Origin: a virus
Taxonomy: Duplodnaviria > Caudoviricetes
IMG/VR virus record: IMGVR_UViG_3300040985_000347
Span: 1-54,378 of that record
Reading direction: 5' to 3' (one strand)
DNA length: 54,378 nt
In this document: in pieces, positions 40,395 to 50,315 of the stretch
How positions within the stretch are numbered: the stretch's first letter is position 1
Layout: the number at the start of each line of letters is the position of its first letter
The notes under the pieces: model-generated
Databases searched by the model: none
Told to the model about the DNA's origin: nothing
Seen by the model: the letters and a program-made list of their open reading frames with translations, nothing else
Translations under genes and position numbers: made by a program

Positions 40395-41411
40395 CTATGC
40401 AGAGAATAATATTGTTTTATCTGTTACAGCAGCTTGATCCATGAACATGTCATCTAACACAGTATCTCCCGCAACCATTGCAGTAGCACTGTCTCCGATA
40501 TATATTCTTATAGTATTCAATTCCCCTGCAGGAGCAATTCCTGTTGAATTAGGGTGGTTGTGTCTATAAGTAATATCCATTACATGATATTTCCATGTAG
40601 ATGTTGCAAATGTTTCAGCAGTCTTTGGAAGATATAATCTATTTAAATGACCATATCTACCTTGACATTTCTTCTCATCTGATAAAGCTTGGAAATAATT
40701 TCCAACTCCTACAGTAGGAGCATGACTTGTAAAGATGTTAGTAACTGCACCAGCACTAACTGTAATAGCAGTATCACTATCATCAATTACCTGAAACGAT
40801 GTTCCGTATTCTTTAGCAGTTATACTAAAGTCAGAGGTATTAGCTAAAGCTGCAGTAACAAACGCAGCTGTATCTGCATTAACAGCATCTACTAAACCTT
40901 GACAGATTTCTGCAGCTGTTGCTGTAGCATCTGATACATACTCATAGTTTCTAATTTCTCCAATTCTATCTGCTAACTCTTTCGCATTTGAAGGGTTTGC
41001 ATATTCAGAGTAATCGTTAACTGGTCCTACATATTTTAGTATTACTTTTATAGCAAACCTAGTGTTGTTATTAGTATTACTGATAGTATCAGTTGTAGTG
41101 TTTCCAGCTTTTACAGCTGTAACGTGCTCTTTCCAATCTACTCTTACAATATCTCTTGTATTAATGATTGGAGACGCTAAAGGATTTCCAGATGTTCTCC
41201 CTTGAACGAATTGTACTCTTGATTTAACCCATTGCTCTGTACCTCCTGTTGGCTTGTCTACATATAAATCTGCAGCAGCTCCGTCAGTGTTATTTGTACC
41301 TTCACCTAAAACACCTACAACACCAGATGCAATCGCGCTCATCGCTTGATTGTTTGATACTACAGCGTTTGAGATAAACACTTGAGATAAATTACTTCCA
41401 TTTCTTGACAT
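40395..41411 (-). CDS. Conserved head-module protein (crAss gene 73-like; possible auxiliary capsid protein)
   Basis: Third gene after MCP; Ala/Thr-rich; followed by a strong terminator. Confidence 0.55.
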   Translation of the reverse strand: MSRNGSNLSQVFISNAVVSNNQAMSAIASGVVGVLGEGTNNTDGAAADLYVDKPTGGTEQWVKSRVQFVQGRTSGNPLASPIINTRDIVRVDWKEHVTAVKAGNTTTDTISNTNNNTRFAIKVILKYVGPVNDYSEYANPSNAKELADRIGEIRNYEYVSDATATAAEICQGLVDAVNADTAAFVTAALANTSDFSITAKEYGTSFQVIDDSDTAITVSAGAVTNIFTSHAPTVGVGNYFQALSDEKKCQGRYGHLNRLYLPKTAETFATSTWKYHVMDITYRHNHPNSTGIAPAGELNTIRIYIGDSATAMVAGDTVLDDMFMDQAAVTDKTILFSA

Positions 41412-41447
41412 AATTTTTGTTTTTTAATTATTAATAATAAATTGATC

Positions 41448-42674
41448 TTATTCAGATCTCATCTCCTCCATCCTATTTGTTTGGTATCTTGGGTCTGCTA
41501 ATTCCTCAAGAATACTAGCTACAGCCATATCAACAATTTCTTGGTGAGTATGGTCAGCTAGTTCGCAAGTTATAACAGATCCTGTAGTACTATCAATAGC
41601 ACGAGGTTTTCTTAAATACGTAAGTTTTACCTTAGGCACAAAAAAAGTTTCATCAGTATATATATCTAAATTGCTCCCATTTATAGTCGAGAGCGGACTT
41701 GTATGTTTTGTTTTGTTAAAAGGGTCATCTAATAATGTGTATATATCATCTAACTGCGAAAATCTATTTACAGAAGATGCTGTATATTTAACATCATCAC
41801 AAGACCTACTAAGTATTTCGTCTTGATAGCCTAAACGATGAGGAACTAGATCTGCATTAACTAAATCGGGGTCAGCAAGAACATCACTAGTACTGCATCT
41901 ATATCTAAAAATCTTAATAAAACAATCAGGGTGTCCCAATGTCCCAGTACCATCATCTCTAAATGTCCAATAAGGAGGCAGCACTATCCCTACTATAGGG
42001 TTACCTGATGTAGGTGTATAAGATGGCACGTTACCTTGAGGATCAAGATTTATAAATGTAGTGATACCTGAACTATTTAAGTACTGCGGATTTGTATATG
42101 CAGACATATTAGAAGTAGAACAATTTACTAAAGCTCCCATAGGCTGATTGTACACATCTATTTCTTGTGGTGTCCCAGTTTCGTCATATACTTGTACTTT
42201 TATAGAGTCTATCCAAAACCCAGGTCCTGGAGACATGTTATAATAATTCTCCTGAGTAAAAGCTTGCATATCAACCATAGCCCATTGTATAGGGTATAAA
42301 GATCCTTGAATACAATCCATTTTTTGACAATTATTGTGATACACTAAACTTCTTTGATTCAACAAAAACATATAACCATTATCCTCAGGCAATACTATTG
42401 AATCTACAAATACGTTATGATCTATTTGTCCTTTATACACAGTGTCAATAGTTTCTTCAGTTATTAATCTTCTTAGGTCGTCTATTCTTTTTTGAGATTG
42501 TTCAAACCCTTTAGAATATTTATTTCCAAATTGATTATACCTGCCCTTAACAAATTTATCTTGAGCTTTATTAAGTTCAAAATCAATTTCTTGAGGTAAT
42601 AAAACGTCAACCTGGTGGGATGCAATTTTTTGCACCCCTTGGTTGACAGCTATATGCATTTCTGGTACGGTCAT
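41448..42674 (-). CDS. Conserved ring/head-completion protein (crAss gene 74-like)
   Basis: EIDFELNKAQ, GFEQSQKRIDDLRRL, YLRKP and CELADHTHQEIVDMAV motifs. Confidence 0.75.
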   Translation of the reverse strand: MTVPEMHIAVNQGVQKIASHQVDVLLPQEIDFELNKAQDKFVKGRYNQFGNKYSKGFEQSQKRIDDLRRLITEETIDTVYKGQIDHNVFVDSIVLPEDNGYMFLLNQRSLVYHNNCQKMDCIQGSLYPIQWAMVDMQAFTQENYYNMSPGPGFWIDSIKVQVYDETGTPQEIDVYNQPMGALVNCSTSNMSAYTNPQYLNSSGITTFINLDPQGNVPSYTPTSGNPIVGIVLPPYWTFRDDGTGTLGHPDCFIKIFRYRCSTSDVLADPDLVNADLVPHRLGYQDEILSRSCDDVKYTASSVNRFSQLDDIYTLLDDPFNKTKHTSPLSTINGSNLDIYTDETFFVPKVKLTYLRKPRAIDSTTGSVITCELADHTHQEIVDMAVASILEELADPRYQTNRMEEMRSE

Positions 42675-43477
42675 TAAATAATCACTTCTTTAAGTTTTGC
42701 TCTTAACGTTGTTAATGTTCCAGAATTCTTTTTATCTTTCATATATACAATAGTATCTTCTGTTGTTTCTCCAAGTACTTCATCTATATGGATAACTTGA
42801 TTTCCAATTTTTCTTAAAACTCCAGCTGAAACCATTTCTTCAATTTCTGCTTTTAATTCTAAGTTCTTATCTCTAGCAATTCTAATGAACTTTGCTGGCT
42901 CATTGTTTTTAATTTCATATAGAATTGTTTCCTTTTGATCGATATTTAGAGTTTCAGGCTTAGCTTTTGACATCATGCGTAACATTCTGTCCATTGTAGC
43001 AGGATCACTCGATGCTTTAATATATTCTTTATCTGCGTCTTTTCTTAATCTCACTTTCTTAGCTTTTGCCATTTCGTCGCTTTTATTATCATGGATATAA
43101 AACTTATGTGTGCTTAACATTTCATTTTTACTACTTGCACATTTAGGATGTTTTAAAGCAAATCTATATTGTAAATAGTGTTCTGCATTAATTGGCATCT
43201 CATTTTCATCTAGTCCTACTTCCAATTCAACTCCTTCAAACGGAACCTTAATACTTAGTTCTGTCCAAAATCGTCTTTCATGATGTGGCCAGTCCTGATG
43301 GTCTGGGTTAACATCTAAAAGCCCTTTCATTAATTTTTTAGCTTCCTCTCCTTCTATACCTTTTAAAGGTTGTCTTCCTACAAAACAACTACTTAACCTT
43401 ACTTGTGCTGCAACTCGTACAGCTTCTGGTAAATGGTCAAGCGTGTTTTCTTTTCTTCTTATCCAAATTTTTCTCAT
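42674..43477 (-). CDS. Conserved protein downstream of MCP (crAss gene 75-like)
   Basis: Position directly after MCP; FWTELSIKVP...LEVG and YLQYRFALKHP motifs. Confidence 0.65.
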   Translation of the reverse strand: MRKIWIRRKENTLDHLPEAVRVAAQVRLSSCFVGRQPLKGIEGEEAKKLMKGLLDVNPDHQDWPHHERRFWTELSIKVPFEGVELEVGLDENEMPINAEHYLQYRFALKHPKCASSKNEMLSTHKFYIHDNKSDEMAKAKKVRLRKDADKEYIKASSDPATMDRMLRMMSKAKPETLNIDQKETILYEIKNNEPAKFIRIARDKNLELKAEIEEMVSAGVLRKIGNQVIHIDEVLGETTEDTIVYMKDKKNSGTLTTLRAKLKEVII

Positions 43478-43550
43478 AATGTAGTACTTTTAAAGTTTAA
43501 ATTAGTCGGATGTAAAGTATAACTCTCCTAATTTTGTATTCTAGATATTT

Positions 43551-43580
43551 AAAATAGAGGGGGAATTTCACCCCCCACTA
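43551..43580 (-). terminator. Rho-independent terminator after the major capsid gene
   Basis: Minus strand TAGTGGGGGGTGAAATTCCCCCTCTATTTT. Confidence 0.7.
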
Positions 43581-43641
43581 CTTTAAAACTAAATATATAG
43601 ACTACGATGTAACACAGTGCTAGCTTCCTAGCATTGCTTCT

Positions 43642-45078
43642 TTATGATTTTACACATGTAATATCTAATGATGTATCGAATCGTCTTAGTACAACACCTG
43701 CTGTTTTAAGCATGTGTACACTAGCACCATCAATATCAGAAGCTCTAGCATTACCTTGGTCGAAACCTCTAGGCACTACAGAACCACCAACAGCCCAACG
43801 CATCATTTCACGACCTTTTTTATTGATCATTTGTACGTTAGCTTGTCCATCATAATTAGATTGATCCACGAAAACCATACGGTAAGACTCCATAGAGTAA
43901 CCAGTCACTGGATGCTTTTTAGCTGCATCAGCAACAGGACCATGATCAAACATAGGATGCTTAACTACATTTACTGAATGCCCATCAATATGGTCATATC
44001 TAGTAAAGTAACCAGTCATTCCTAATGATCTACCTGATCCAGTAATGAACTTACTATCAGCATTAATAGTCCAAGGTGTACCAGCGCCAGTAGTGAAACC
44101 ACCTGTATAACCTTTCATAGCGTTATCAAATTCTCTCATACCACCTGTACCTGTAAACAATGTAACTTGCTTGTCATTACCATCTGTCATTCCATAGAAT
44201 AAATCACCGATTATATTCTTAAGTTTTGTCTCTGTCATAGTAGAGTACGTGTCCTTATTAACAACTTGTTGTAAAAGACCCGGACCTGTAATTACAGGTT
44301 GAGCATTTTCATCAACCATGGTAGTTATACCATTAGCGTCATAAGTTTTTTCACCATACCAATACATCAACTCACATTCTTCTTTAAATTTAAGCATGTG
44401 TGTATACTCTTCATAATCCATCCAAAGCTTAGTAGTCTTACCACCTTTAACAGGTAATGAGAATTCAGCTACATAATCTTTAGCATTTCCTGCGAAATGA
44501 TAAGATTTTCTAACTGTACCAATCTTTGCACGAACCATACCTGGAGCAGACCAATTAGAAGCGTTACCTCTAGAAAAGTCTAATCCAACGTTAGCGTATA
44601 ACTGTGCCCAATTTGCTCCTGACTCAAAATCACCAGCTGATAAACCAGTAGATCCTGGCTCAACTAACTGCATTGAGTAATCATATCCAACACCACCAGC
44701 TGCAGCAGTAGGCTCAGACATAATTCTTGCCTGTGTTCCGTTTGCTGAAATTAGAGTGTATGGAAAAATAAACCACTTATCCGGAAAGGTTAAGGTAAAA
44801 GGAGCTCCACTTGCTCCATCACCTGAAGAAGCTGCTGCTACCAATGGACGTACGTTAACTTCATGAGTTTTTACGCGGTATTCATATTCCCATCTTTCGA
44901 TAGATTTAGTGTTACCAACACCCTCAGTTAGCATAGTCAATGGAAACTTTCTGTCTTCTCTTCCAGCTAAGTGCGTAATAATTGGAGATAACTCTGTTGG
45001 TCTCTCCAATAACGCATTTGCCAAACTATTTGAGTCTGTCATTTGCGCGTCATTATAATACGTCCTTAATACTTGCAT
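43642..45078 (-). CDS. Major capsid protein (crAss-like, HK97 fold)
   Basis: MTDSNSLANAL, WMDYEE, GPGLLQQ, LFTGTGGMREFD, GYFTRY.HIDGH and ASDIDGASVHML motifs; 478 aa; position after portal and the acidic protein. Confidence 0.9.
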   Translation of the reverse strand: MQVLRTYYNDAQMTDSNSLANALLERPTELSPIITHLAGREDRKFPLTMLTEGVGNTKSIERWEYEYRVKTHEVNVRPLVAAASSGDGASGAPFTLTFPDKWFIFPYTLISANGTQARIMSEPTAAAGGVGYDYSMQLVEPGSTGLSAGDFESGANWAQLYANVGLDFSRGNASNWSAPGMVRAKIGTVRKSYHFAGNAKDYVAEFSLPVKGGKTTKLWMDYEEYTHMLKFKEECELMYWYGEKTYDANGITTMVDENAQPVITGPGLLQQVVNKDTYSTMTETKLKNIIGDLFYGMTDGNDKQVTLFTGTGGMREFDNAMKGYTGGFTTGAGTPWTINADSKFITGSGRSLGMTGYFTRYDHIDGHSVNVVKHPMFDHGPVADAAKKHPVTGYSMESYRMVFVDQSNYDGQANVQMINKKGREMMRWAVGGSVVPRGFDQGNARASDIDGASVHMLKTAGVVLRRFDTSLDITCVKS

Positions 45079-45125
45079 TTTTATTTCAATTTTTATGGGA
45101 CCCTATCTCCCAATTCCGGGTACTA

Positions 45126-46241
45126 CTAAGACCAGTTACCTAAGTCTAATTCTAAATCATCAACATCAAAACTACCTGATGAAGCCCTTACGCCTTTACC
45201 TGCAGTTTTTATTTTATCTTTATTCGTCTTTAATCTAGATCTTAAGCTTTTAGCGGCTTGAGTCTTAGCTTTCTTTTTTACAATAGATGTTAAATCAAAA
45301 CCTTTGAATAACAAATAGTCTATTGCTAATTTTGTTTCTACGTCCGATTCTGCGTACATAGTGTCTCTTTTAGTTTCTCCTTGCGGATTAATAGGTTTAG
45401 ATAAGAAATCAAAAAAATCTGATTTGTCTCTTTCCTGTATTGAGATACCTTTAAATTCTTTATTTTCAGCTATCGTGTCTTTTACTCCATTCCAAAACTC
45501 TTTTTGGTTTTTTTCTAATTCACGATTTGTAACAGCCTGTTCCTCTAGTTGTTTTGACTTAACATCTTTCTGATATTTAACTAAAGCAACTTTAGCTTTT
45601 TGTGCTTTCTCAAATAATTTATCTGAGTCTGCATAGTCTGATATTAGATCAGTTATAAAATCTTGGTCATGCCCTTTTATCTTTAAGTATTCTGACATTA
45701 CAGCCTGTTGAGAAGTCACATCATTAACATCTACTTTAAAATCTGCTAGATCTTTAATAGCGTTATTACCCATTAAAAATTGTCTAGAATCTCCTCCGTT
45801 CATAACGTATTCTAAATGTTCTTTTACGTCTGGGTGAGTTTGAAACAATTTATCTAATTGACTTTCTGCTACTTTAGTTGCTAATTCTTTAGTCATATTA
45901 GTTAAACCTTCTGGAGTATCTTCATACTCATTTTCTAACTCAAACCCAAAAGTTGTAGCTATTTCAGATACTAATGTATCTTCTATAGTTTCTACTTCAG
46001 GTTCTACGTTTTTCTTTTTCTTTTCTAAAACAACCTCTTCTTTTACTTCTTCCTTTACTTCCTCAACTTTTTCTACTTTTTCTACTTTTTCTAGAATGTC
46101 TTCATCTAGTGTTACATCTTCTAGTGCAGCTTCTTTTACTTCTTCTTGAACGGGTTCTTCAACCGTCTGCGGGATACCATCACCTATTACATCTTCAAAG
46201 GTGATATCCTCTAGTTTAATTTTATTATCTGTGTTATCCAT
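45126..46241 (-). CDS. Acidic coiled-coil protein (crAss gene 77-like; possible scaffold)
   Basis: Glu-rich N-terminus with EKV/EEVK repeats; immediately upstream of MCP. Confidence 0.7.
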   Translation of the reverse strand: MDNTDNKIKLEDITFEDVIGDGIPQTVEEPVQEEVKEAALEDVTLDEDILEKVEKVEKVEEVKEEVKEEVVLEKKKKNVEPEVETIEDTLVSEIATTFGFELENEYEDTPEGLTNMTKELATKVAESQLDKLFQTHPDVKEHLEYVMNGGDSRQFLMGNNAIKDLADFKVDVNDVTSQQAVMSEYLKIKGHDQDFITDLISDYADSDKLFEKAQKAKVALVKYQKDVKSKQLEEQAVTNRELEKNQKEFWNGVKDTIAENKEFKGISIQERDKSDFFDFLSKPINPQGETKRDTMYAESDVETKLAIDYLLFKGFDLTSIVKKKAKTQAAKSLRSRLKTNKDKIKTAGKGVRASSGSFDVDDLELDLGNWS

Positions 46242-46262
46242 AGTTTAGTTATATTTAATTTA

Positions 46263-46335
46263 CAAATTTAGTTAAAATTTAGTTAATATTAAAATGTTTT
46301 TTCACTTTTACTCTAGTCTTTATTATATACCACTT
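46263..46335 (-). promoter_or_regulatory. Candidate late promoter for the scaffold/MCP operon
   Basis: TAAATTTG (-7 consensus TAnnTTTG) at 46263-46270 plus an upstream AAGTGGTATATA box, in one of the few intergenic gaps. Confidence 0.6.
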
Positions 46336-46336
46336 T

Positions 46337-47560
46337 TTATTTATTATTTTTTACTGAGTCTAGTTTCATCTGAACATTTTTAATGGCTCTATCTAAAATT
46401 AATTTCTGCTGCTCATTTAATTTTTTTGCCTTGTCATCTCTTTCTTTAATCAACTCATTATATTTTTTTTCTACTGCTTTAGCATATGCGTCACTCCCAG
46501 TACCATAATTCTTTACCATATTATATAAATGAGTATTGTCACTATCTTTATGTTCTTCTATTTCTTTTCTGTATCCTCCCTTTAACATTTCTACTCCTAA
46601 AAGCTTATACTTTTCTCTATCTTCATCTGTATCACCAAGAGATCCTTCACCTCCATATTCATATGTGCTTAGTATATCTTCTTTATCTAGGCCGTCGTAT
46701 TGTCCAGTTTCTTTATTATAGTACTTCACATAATCTCCTCCCCCATACTTAAGAAACAGTTTAGATTGATTTACCAAGCTTTTATGGTATTCAGTATCTA
46801 TATTTTCTACATCATAAAATCTTCTTATACCTGGTGTAGTTATATTTTTAAGTAAATCTCCAGTTAGCTGTATAGGGCCATAAGCAGAAGATCCTGATCC
46901 TTTTGCTTTAGTTCTAATAAAAGAGTTATACCCTTCTGTGTCTATTGCTCCTCTATGTTCATGAGACTCAACTGCATCATATAATAAATCAAAATCTATT
47001 TCACTAATATCAGTATCTTTAACTTCATAGCCATCTCTTGTGAATGTATAATCTGTATCAACCACTCCACTATCTTCATCTCCTTGATATTCTTTTACTT
47101 CTTCTTCTTGCATAGAAGCTATTACTTCATGATAATCTTTTAAAGATCTCCCTTCAATAGTAGGTGGTATTAAATTATCTAACTGGCTTTTTACTTCTTC
47201 TTGTTTAATTGCAACTCCTCCATATGTTAGCATAGGTGTTTCCTCTACTTCAGATGAAGTATCTACTATAAACTTTTCTTCTCCTGGAAATAATATTCCT
47301 TGATAATTTCCGTCTGCAGTAACTTTAACAGGATGATCTTGCCTACCTTCTAGAGAATGGGCTTCAAAAGTATCAAAATTTAATTTAGCAGATGCTCCAT
47401 AAGGCGCACCCTCTAATCCTCTTTGTATTTCTTTTTTTGAGTTTGCTTCTGTATGATTGTCTACACTAGAGTTGTGGCTTTGAAACAAGTCTATGTAGCT
47501 CCCAGTATACCCAGAAGATTTAGCCTGTTTTAATAACTCTAGTCTAGTTTTATTATTCAC
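46337..47560 (-). CDS. Protein with C-terminal lysozyme/lytic transglycosylase-like domain
   Basis: AVESHE...SSAYGPIQLT resembles the catalytic Glu plus SSAxGxxQ motif; late YGTG..Y motif. Confidence 0.5.
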   Translation of the reverse strand: MNNKTRLELLKQAKSSGYTGSYIDLFQSHNSSVDNHTEANSKKEIQRGLEGAPYGASAKLNFDTFEAHSLEGRQDHPVKVTADGNYQGILFPGEEKFIVDTSSEVEETPMLTYGGVAIKQEEVKSQLDNLIPPTIEGRSLKDYHEVIASMQEEEVKEYQGDEDSGVVDTDYTFTRDGYEVKDTDISEIDFDLLYDAVESHEHRGAIDTEGYNSFIRTKAKGSGSSAYGPIQLTGDLLKNITTPGIRRFYDVENIDTEYHKSLVNQSKLFLKYGGGDYVKYYNKETGQYDGLDKEDILSTYEYGGEGSLGDTDEDREKYKLLGVEMLKGGYRKEIEEHKDSDNTHLYNMVKNYGTGSDAYAKAVEKKYNELIKERDDKAKKLNEQQKLILDRAIKNVQMKLDSVKNNK

Positions 47561-49883
47561 CCGTACTCTTAGAATTTCTATCTGCGTTAGATGCTCTTTC
47601 GTCTGATTTTATTTTCATGATATCTATAGACTCGTCAGCTCTGTTAGACCTTACATCTTCTTTTTGGCTTTTGTCTTTTATAAATACGTCTTGCTTTTTA
47701 ATTTCTAGCTCTTTCTCTTTAACTTGTATCTCTCTATCTTTAATTGCTTTGTTAGAAATTATTTTTTCCATTTCTACTTCAGATTTGTCTGACACTTCTG
47801 CTGAAATTAAAGCTTTTTCAATTTCAACCTGTCTGTCTTTCTCTTTATTCATATTCTCATTCTCCAACTTCATTTGCTCCATTTGTAATTTCTTCTCTTC
47901 CATTTCTGCTTGAGCTTCTTGTTGAGCTTGAGATAGTTTTTCCATATGAGCTTCAGCTTCTTTAATTTTAGATTTAACTTGAGTAAAACTATCAGAATCT
48001 ATAGCTTCAGCAACTATAGAGGCAGGAACTCCGTTTTGAATCATAGACTGAGCTAATGATTCTACTTTCAATTTCTTTTCTAAATCAGCACCTCCGTCAC
48101 TTACAAATACTCCATATTCTGACTCCATGTGTGATAAAGCATCTACAGATAAAAACTCTGCTGTTCCATCAGGCATAACATACATAGTCTTCTTCCCGTT
48201 AATCCAAGCTTCTTTAGAATAGTCTAATATAGCTTGTAAATCTCTTTTTTCTAAAGAAGAATATTTTTTAAATAAATCTTCTGTTATGTGAGAGGATTGC
48301 ATAATTGCTTGTTGTGAGGTTGCTTTACCTTCATAACTTCCTACTTGACCTTGTCTTTGCCTATTAACTCCAGAAACTCTTTCCCACTCTAATACTATAG
48401 ATTCTAGTAATACAATATATTGTTCTATAGTTTTAATAGATAGATCTAATACAGATTGATGTTGAGGTGATAGCTGTATGCCTTCTTTATTATAATCTAC
48501 CCAGGCAATACCTGTAGCATCTACATAATACATAAACTTATCCATGTCCCATTTTTTAGGGATCATATTAATATCAAACTGCGCTATAATGTCTTTTGAT
48601 TTAGAAATAGCTACTTCTAATCTATATTTAAAGATATTATAATTTAATTGGTAAGGGATTCCCAGAGACACTAAGGATATGTTTTTAGAATTATAGTCAG
48701 AGTACCTCCTACCGTTAATAGGTAATTTACATTTAGAGGGATTATCCATGGACGTTCTCTGGTTTAATACGGGTTTTAAACCTACGTATATATCCTTACC
48801 AATTTTTGTTCCTTCCCAAACTTCATTTGTCCACTCCCATCTTAAAGTTGCTTGCGCTTCTTCTTCTAATCCTTCTGGCATTTCAAATCCATCTGGTACT
48901 ATTTGTTCTTCTTCTTGTCCTGTCATTGGGTCCATATAAGTTAAGAACCCTAATCTTTTTCTTGACTTCCAATATACAGTTATAACTTCTATTAGTCTAG
49001 ATTCATTTCTTCCGTCACGTTGTTGTCTATTACTCCAAATAGAACTTTCTGTGTCATATATAGTTGAATCTTCTAATTGAGATGTTTCTGCGCTTGTTAA
49101 TTCATCATGGTAGAAATCAACAATAGTTGACGCGTGTGCAAACTTTCTAACAGAAGCCCAGTCTCCATCTTCTACAAATTCTAAATCTGGATCAAGATCA
49201 TAATCTACATCTAATGGATTTAAAATTTCATAAAACACTTCGTCTCCTCTAACTCCTCTGTGCGTATACACTTCACCTGCTACTAAGAAATTAAACCAAC
49301 CTTTTCTAAACTTATCTTGAACTTCTTCTGCCTGCACAAGAAAATTTAAAGATTGTTGACCTTTAGTGGCTCTTATATCTACATATGAATTATCAAATTC
49401 TTTTACTATATTTTCTGGTAATGGTATTTGTTCTGGATCTTCAATAGGCATTCCTTCCATCTGCCCTACAGCTTGCATTTTAGATATGAACTGTTTATGC
49501 AAAGCGTTCATAATTTTTTGTTTCTTTTCTTCTTCCCTTTGATCCACAGCGTCAGAGTTAGTTACTATAACAGAGAAATTAAAAGGTCTTTTAGATTTTT
49601 CTCCTAATAACAAATCAATAACTGGTTTTATTATTGGATAGTTTCTAAGCCTTGAAGGAAAGTTTTTTCTTGATTTACCATAAGGTTTAAGAACATAGTT
49701 GTAATCATGCTCATCTATTTCTCCATTGTAGAAATCAAATAATCTTTTTAAATCTCCCCTTCTATTACTGACACTATATGTAGTACCATCTGTAAGGCCT
49801 ATAAAAGCTTCCACACATTTCTTAGCCCACTTCTTAGTTTTCTGTGCGCTTTTTAATTTTTGTTTTGGTATTTCTTGATTCAT
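47553..49883 (-). CDS. Portal protein
   Basis: NYPIIKPVIDLLLGEKSKRPF, WTNEVWEGTKIG, CKLPING, PYQLNYNI and SGVNRQRQG motifs; C-terminal coiled coil. Confidence 0.9.
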   Translation of the reverse strand: MNQEIPKQKLKSAQKTKKWAKKCVEAFIGLTDGTTYSVSNRRGDLKRLFDFYNGEIDEHDYNYVLKPYGKSRKNFPSRLRNYPIIKPVIDLLLGEKSKRPFNFSVIVTNSDAVDQREEEKKQKIMNALHKQFISKMQAVGQMEGMPIEDPEQIPLPENIVKEFDNSYVDIRATKGQQSLNFLVQAEEVQDKFRKGWFNFLVAGEVYTHRGVRGDEVFYEILNPLDVDYDLDPDLEFVEDGDWASVRKFAHASTIVDFYHDELTSAETSQLEDSTIYDTESSIWSNRQQRDGRNESRLIEVITVYWKSRKRLGFLTYMDPMTGQEEEQIVPDGFEMPEGLEEEAQATLRWEWTNEVWEGTKIGKDIYVGLKPVLNQRTSMDNPSKCKLPINGRRYSDYNSKNISLVSLGIPYQLNYNIFKYRLEVAISKSKDIIAQFDINMIPKKWDMDKFMYYVDATGIAWVDYNKEGIQLSPQHQSVLDLSIKTIEQYIVLLESIVLEWERVSGVNRQRQGQVGSYEGKATSQQAIMQSSHITEDLFKKYSSLEKRDLQAILDYSKEAWINGKKTMYVMPDGTAEFLSVDALSHMESEYGVFVSDGGADLEKKLKVESLAQSMIQNGVPASIVAEAIDSDSFTQVKSKIKEAEAHMEKLSQAQQEAQAEMEEKKLQMEQMKLENENMNKEKDRQVEIEKALISAEVSDKSEVEMEKIISNKAIKDREIQVKEKELEIKKQDVFIKDKSQKEDVRSNRADESIDIMKIKSDERASNADRNSKSTGE

Positions 49884-49910
49884 CCGCTCTGACTGGTTTC
49901 AATTAACTTA

Positions 49911-49984
49911 CAAATATAACACTTTATCTTGACACCTCATAGTGCTTTTAAATTTTTGGCGTGTACATTATTAATATAACACTT
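49911..49984 (-). promoter_or_regulatory. Candidate late promoter for portal, with a 12-bp direct repeat
   Basis: TATATTTG at 49911-49918; AAGTGTTATATT occurs at 49973-49984 and 49913-49924. Confidence 0.6.
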
Positions 49985-50315
49985 ATAAATAATCACATAT
50001 GTCGTATAAAGAGTATTTTAAAGTTAACTCTTCTCCTTGTTGTATTTTTTTTATTGTTTTTAATTTTTTATAATCAGTATCTTCATCTTCAATTAACTCA
50101 CAATTTGCAGTTTCAGAATGATTAATAAATCCTCCTAATGGAGTTCTAATATAATCATGTTGAAAATTTGGATCATATACATGACTAATACCTATAACTA
50201 CCTCTCCCGGAATATCTTCTTTAGCTAGAATCCCCGCTCCGTGAATTTCTGATGGACCTATCGCTAAGTATTCTGGTAGAGGGCTATAAGGTTCTTTATT
50301 TTTACATTTATTCAT
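49983..50315 (-). CDS. Stand-alone SET-domain protein (putative lysine methyltransferase)
   Basis: SEIHGAGILAKEDI, FINHS...NC and IQQGEELTLKY SET signature motifs. Confidence 0.85.
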   Translation of the reverse strand: MNKCKNKEPYSPLPEYLAIGPSEIHGAGILAKEDIPGEVVIGISHVYDPNFQHDYIRTPLGGFINHSETANCELIEDEDTDYKKLKTIKKIQQGEELTLKYSLYDICDYL

